Below, in pieces: positions 58,426 to 64,000 of a DNA stretch of 64,000 nt. Position numbers and translations under genes: made by a program. The stretch is from the human T2T-CHM13v2.0 reference genome, Homo sapiens. The notes beneath the pieces were generated by a model. It was not told the DNA's origin. It did no database searches and was given only the letters and a program-made list of their open reading frames with translations. Each line of letters begins with the position of its first letter. Within the stretch, counting starts at the first letter, position 1. The stretch spans positions 40,960,001 to 41,024,000 of the forward strand of contig CP068257.2 of assembly GCA_009914755.4 (NCBI GenBank). The letters run 5' to 3'.

Positions 58426-59414
58426 TGTCTTCTATTGATCCTGCCTCTCTGGAGAGCCCTGCCTAAGACAGCCACCTTGTCACCAGTTTCCTGTTTGTGC
58501 TGTCTCCTGTCTCTGGCCTGCACCTGCCAGTGCTGGCGAGTGCCACTGTGTTCACAGCAACTTGGGTGCTTCTCAGTGGGAAGCACTGGCCCCACCGGCT
58601 AACGCTTTTGCCATTGCCCGTGAGTCTGTAAACACGCAATTGTACTTTCAGCCAACCCTACTTTCGTGTGAAGCATTTCGTGGCATTCTGCCCCCAGGAG
58701 GATTTTCCTTCTGCATTGTCTTTGAGGGTCACCTGCTGGGTGGCAGTACCTTGGCCCCCACTTCTCACTTGTGTAGCCTACAGCCAGACCCTCTGCTAAC
58801 TGGGCCTGCCCTCCCCTTCTCCATTTGCTGGCCAGAGAAACCCCTGTGGCCACAGGTGTGGTGGAGGGAGGGCTAGTGAAGGAGCGGGACAGCTTCTCTT
58901 AAGTCTGAGCTATGTGTCTTCCAGGTGAATCAGGCCAGCTCTCCCATGTGAAAACTTCCACTCTACAATGGAATTCTGTTGCACGTATCCAAGTTTATGG
59001 TTCAGGTCTCATGATCACTTGGTGATCTCCTCTGTTTGGGGTTGCAGCACTCCCTTTGCTATAAAACGTGTCCCCGTTGGAGATGATGGGATGTGAACAC
59101 CACAGTGACTGGTGAGTGAGCTGTTCTGCAAATCCCAGAACAGCAGTGCCAGCAGAGGTGCGGAGGCCAGGGAGGACACATCGATTTGTCCCTGTGAGGA
59201 TGAAGGGCTGTCCCCTCCACAGTGGGAGGGGCTCAGCATAATTAATCTGCCACCAGGTCATCGGTTTGTCCCACCAGGGAAACGCTGGTGACTCAGCGTT
59301 TGTCCAAGACCTGGCACTCAGTGGGTTTGGCAGGCAGAGCGGCTGTAGTGAACTCAAGCACAGCCTCCGACATTCCACACATGCAAACTGCTTGGGGTCT
59401 TCATTATTTTAAAA

Positions 59415-59621
<207 letters not shown>

Positions 59622-60353
59622 TAGGCAATAGCTACATATCAGGTCCTGGGGCTGATTCCTTCCGGTAAAGATACCACATCTAGAGCCACAGGTGGGTTCC
59701 AGCGTCACCATGTGATCACATCTGTGAAGAAAGAGCCACTGTCACACTCTAAGATCCACCTGACTTTTGCACCAACTAAAAAGGGGTGCTACCTGGGCTT
59801 ATGGTGTAAATCCCCACCCCAGCGTTTCTCAGGCCTTTGCTGCTGCCCCAGCGTTTTGCAGTTTCCCCTGGGGTGCAGTGTAGGACTTGGTTAACTGCTT
59901 TGGCAGAGGTGTGATGTGGAGGGCAGATCCAGGGCTTCCACCACAGGCTGGATGTTTCTGCCCCCTACTTACACATATATGTTGAATTTTCTTCCTTACA
60001 TACATATCTCTTAGGAGGCTACCCACCTAATTCATTTTGTAACCCTGTGACCAGCTAGCCACTGCCACAGATCCCCACCAAACAGTGGGACCACCAGCCC
60101 TTCCCATTTTGATGGGGAAGTTGCACCCCCTTGTCTCTGATTGGCTTCTACTACACCAGGATTCTTCTTAGAAAGGCAGAGAACCCCCAGCCCTCCTGCA
60201 GACTGTCACTGTCTGAGCCCAGGCTTCGATGTGCCAGCCTAGCAGACTGTCAGCAGGTGCCACTCCAGAGGCTCCAGTCAACACACCTAACCATTGGTTC
60301 TCAGCCCTGGCTGCTCATTAGATTCACGTGGGGGTTGTTTAGCAATCCCAACG

Positions 60354-60660
60354 CCCAGCCTGGCATGGTGGCTCACACCTGTAATCCCAGCACTTTGGGA
60401 GGCTGAGGACGGTGGATCACCTGAGGTCAGGAGTTCGAGACCAGCCTGCCCAACATGGTGAAACCCTGCCTCTACTAAAAATACAAAAATTAGTCAGGTG
60501 TGGTGGCATGCGCCTGTGATCCCAGCTACTAGGGAGGCTGAGGCAGGAGAATCACTTGAACCCAGGAGGTGGAGTTAGCAGTGAGCCAAGATCGTGCCAC
60601 TGCACTCCAGCCTGGGCAACAGAGCAAGACTCCATCTCAAAAAAAAAAAAAAAAGAAAAG
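60354..60660 (+). mobile_element. Alu SINE
   Basis: agcctggcatggtggctcacacctgtaatcccagcactttgggaggctgaggacggtggatcacctgaggtcagg ... A16. Confidence 0.95.
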
Positions 60661-62889
60661 AATCCTGATGCCGAAGCCCTGTCCCAGAAAACGGAATCAG
60701 AAGCGCTGGGGGTGGGACTGAGGCATCTATAGCTTATGCAGCTCTGCAGGGGGCTCCACTGAGAGGTAAGGCCCAGCCCCGTCATCCTGTCCTGCGTCCC
60801 GGTGGCTGCCCCATGTCTCAGGATTGGCCTCATGGAGCTTGCGCATGTGCTTCTCTGGTTCCTGCCGACACAAGTGAGAAGGCCTCAAACCCTTTCCATG
60901 GATGGGAGGCCGCCTGCCCCAGGGGGTCCGTCAGGGCTGTGTTGCAGCCTGACTCCTCCCGGCTACTCAACACCTGGTCCCAAGCGGCCCTGGGGAGCTG
61001 GTTGGTGTGCAGGACCTCTGGCCCCACCCTGCCCCAGGCCTAGTTCATGGGAATCTGCATTTCAATGGAACACCCTGCGGTCGTAGAGACTGGGGTGCAG
61101 GTTATAGTCTGAGAAGGGAGGCGCTGGTCTCACTCTCACTGTGGGACTGGTGGGAGGAAGGTGGTTGGGGATGGTAGAGGGAGATGAGGATCTGGATGGC
61201 ATGAGCCAGTGAGGTCATGGCCTGTCCAGTCATTGAAAGTTGCCATGCAGAGGAGGCCTGGTGTCCTCAGACAAAGCAGCGAGGCTGCCTTGGGGGCAAA
61301 GGAGGCTCCGGACTTGGGAGTTCGAAATCTTCAGCACACATGCTCCAGTGCCTTCACCCCGTGTCTCAGGGTCCCACTTCACCCACCGGTGCCCTTCTCT
61401 CCAAGCGAGGTTCTCCACCCCACACCGGGACCACTGGGCCAGGTCATTCTTTGCTGTGGGGCCGTCCTGTGCACTGTAGGGTACTTAGCACCGTCCTCCA
61501 TCTCTGCCCACCAGACACCAGCCGTATCCCTCCAGCTGCGACAGCCCAAATACCTCCAGATACTGTCAAAAGTCCCCTGGGGTGACATCATCCTATTGAG
61601 AACTCTGTCACGCAGCCTGAGACCTGGCCACATGTGGAGTGTTCACCGTCTGCCCAAACAAGCAGAGCCAAGGGCTGGCCTTTGCGGCACCTTCTCTGGG
61701 ACTGCAGGTGACACGGGCTCCTTCAGAGCTGCCCCTCTGGTTCTTGACTGCAGGTCCGGCCACTGCAAGTTTTCCTTTTCCTGTGTGGGTAAGGAGAAGC
61801 CAGAAGACCCAAACTCTCTTCAATCACAACCATTGCCATAGCAACTCCGGCTTCTCTCCCAGCACCTCAGCCTCCCCTGCACGCCATTCCACACTGACAC
61901 CAGCAATGATCTGAGTCACGGAGAGGCTGCCGTGCCCCTGTGTACCCACGGCCCATTTCCCCCTGGCAAGGAAGTTATTCCATCTCCTCCAATATGTGAC
62001 CAACCTCATCCCTGACTCCACCTGGAGGGTCTGCCTTCTGGGCCACTCCTGTGCCAACTACCTGGAAGTTTCCAACAGAAAACGCATCTAGAATGAGGGT
62101 AATTGCTGGGGGGAGGGGCATTTGGAAAAGGACCATTATAAAGGTCTGGACAGGGTCCCGGTGAAGCCTAAGGGATGGTGTGGTGACCTGGAGCTAGTCA
62201 CAGTGGCACTGTTACCACCCTGCCTGAAAGGGGTGTCTGGAGTGGCCACCAGGACCTGAAAGAAGGCTGTCACATGTGGGAGGCTGCCCCAGGCAGAGCC
62301 GTGACCTGAAGCAAGGGAGAGGTAACTTCGGCCAGCCAGAGGCAACTTCCCAGGGACTGAGGGCCTGACCTCTCCATCCACCCTCCAAGCCCCAGCCAGA
62401 GCTCGCCATCAGCTGAACCCAACCAGAAGCCAGAGATCAGGGGCCTGTGTTGTGTCCACACTGGTGAGCCCAGGACCGGTGAAGTGGAGGAGTTGAGAGC
62501 CAACCTGGAGGGGCTGGCCCTGTGCACAGTGCTGCAGCCTGCAGGCCTTCCTGACGTCTAACCCCATTACCGGCAGCTTCGACCGCAGTTCTTCCTTCTG
62601 CTGGGGCGCTCTGCTTACCTGTTCAAGGCTGCTGCCTTCTCAAGCAGGCTCAGGTCAGAAGCCGTCTCCCTGGAGGCTTTCCTGACCCTTTACCACCAGC
62701 AGTGACTCCCATCCCCTAGCAGGGAAGCCTCATACAGGTAGGAGCCTTGTGCTCCTAACATCAGAAATGGTGCCAGTCATAAAATAAGTGCTCGACAGGT
62801 GTGTGTCTGCCTGCCTGCTGACTTCTGTGACTGAATGTATTGACATTTACCTGACCCAAACCTGCATCATCATGTAATAATTCATCCAC

Positions 62890-64000
62890 CCAGACTTGTA
62901 TGCCTCCATGCATCTATCCAAGCATACGCATATATACATACATATATACATAGGTCTAAGCACTCATGCACACATCTATCCATCCATCATCCTTCTATTC
63001 CTCCATCCATTGTCCATCTGCTCACCCACCCACCCGTGCATCTGTCCAAGCACACACGTACATCCATATATACCCAGATCTAAGCATTCATGCATACATC
63101 CATCCATCATCCTTCTCTCCATCTGTCCATTGTCCATCTATTCATCCACCCACCCACACATCAATCCAAGCATAGACATATACACAGATCTAACCACGTA
63201 TACACACATCTATTCATCCATCATCTTTCTCTCCATCCATCCATTGTCCATCTTTTCATCCACCCACCTATGCATCCATCCAAGCATAGACATATACACA
63301 GATCTAACCACGTATGCACACATCCATCCATCCATCATCCTTCTATCCATCCATTGTCCATCTATTCATCCACCCACCCATGCATCCATCCAAGCATAGA
63401 CATATACACAGATCTAACCACGTATACACATATCCATCCATCATCCTTCTCTCCATCCATTGTCCATCTATTCATCCACCCACCTATGCATCCATCCAAG
63501 CATAGACATATACACAGATCTAACCACGTATGCACACATCCATCCATCCATCATCCTTCTCTCCATCCATCCATTGTCCATCTGTTCATCCACCCACCCA
63601 TGCATCCATCCAAGCACACATATATACACAGATCCAAGCACTCATGCACACATCCATCCACCCATCATTCTTCTCTCCATCCATCCATTGTCCATCTTTT
63701 CATCCACCCACCCATGCATCAATCCAAGCATAGACATATACACAGATCTAAGCATTCATGCACACATCCATCCATCATCCTTCTATCCATCCATTGTCCA
63801 TCTATTCATCCACCCACCCATGCATCAATCCAAGCATAGACATATATACAGATCTAAGCATTTATGCACACATCCATCCATCATCCTTCTATCCATCCAT
63901 TGTCCATCTTTTCATCCACCCACCTATGCATCCATCCAAGCATAGACGTATACACAGATCTAACCACGTATGCACACATCCATCCATCCATCATCCTTCT
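62890..64000. repeat. Minisatellite, ~106-114-bp unit (catccatccatcatccttct(c/a)tccatccattgtccatct(a/t)ttcatccacccacc(c/t)atgcatccatccaagcatagacatatacacagatctaaccacgtatgcacacat) x~10, running off the window end
   Basis: The landmark gatcta(a/g)(c/g)ca recurs at 63077, 63187, 63301, 63411, 63517, 63631, 63745, 63851 and 63957. The + strand is almost free of G, and it gives rise to the 249-aa and 161-aa pseudo-ORFs. Confidence 0.9.

Noticed and set aside
62896-63945. ORFs of 249 aa, 167 aa and 161 aa rich in H/P/S/I.
   Set aside because: They lie inside the G-depleted ~110-bp minisatellite. The lack of stops is compositional.

Overview
This window is human nuclear DNA, not a prokaryotic or viral locus. 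The evidence is about 17 Alu SINEs, three MaLR (THE1/MST-type) solo LTRs, an ancient LINE-1 5' fragment, and many minisatellite and microsatellite arrays. The only protein-coding signal I can support is two canonically spliced + strand exons, 4407..4504 and 9384..9452, separated by a 4.9 kb intron. Joined, they encode ...GAALGPLLAGLLSPSGWSNVFYMLMFADACALL|FLIRLIHKELSCPGSATGDQVP*. That is the C-terminal motif of the SLC37A sugar-phosphate/phosphate exchanger family, and from memory it fits SLC37A1 on 21q22.3, but I could not verify this here. The remaining ~54 kb downstream looks intergenic and is unusually rich in tandem repeats. These are 19-, 30-, 48-, 48-, 51- and ~110-bp minisatellites, a 1.8 kb strand-asymmetric CA-rich array, a 1.5 kb GATA/GATG array, and an AT-rich palindrome. 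Every long ORF in the six-frame track maps onto one of these arrays, where the unit length is a multiple of 3 or low complexity removes stop codons, or onto GC-rich non-coding DNA. I see no CRISPR array, operon, tRNA or rRNA. I do not think this window contains a novel biological system; its notable property is the density and variety of VNTR-type repeats, as expected for a subtelomeric-like, GC-rich human region.
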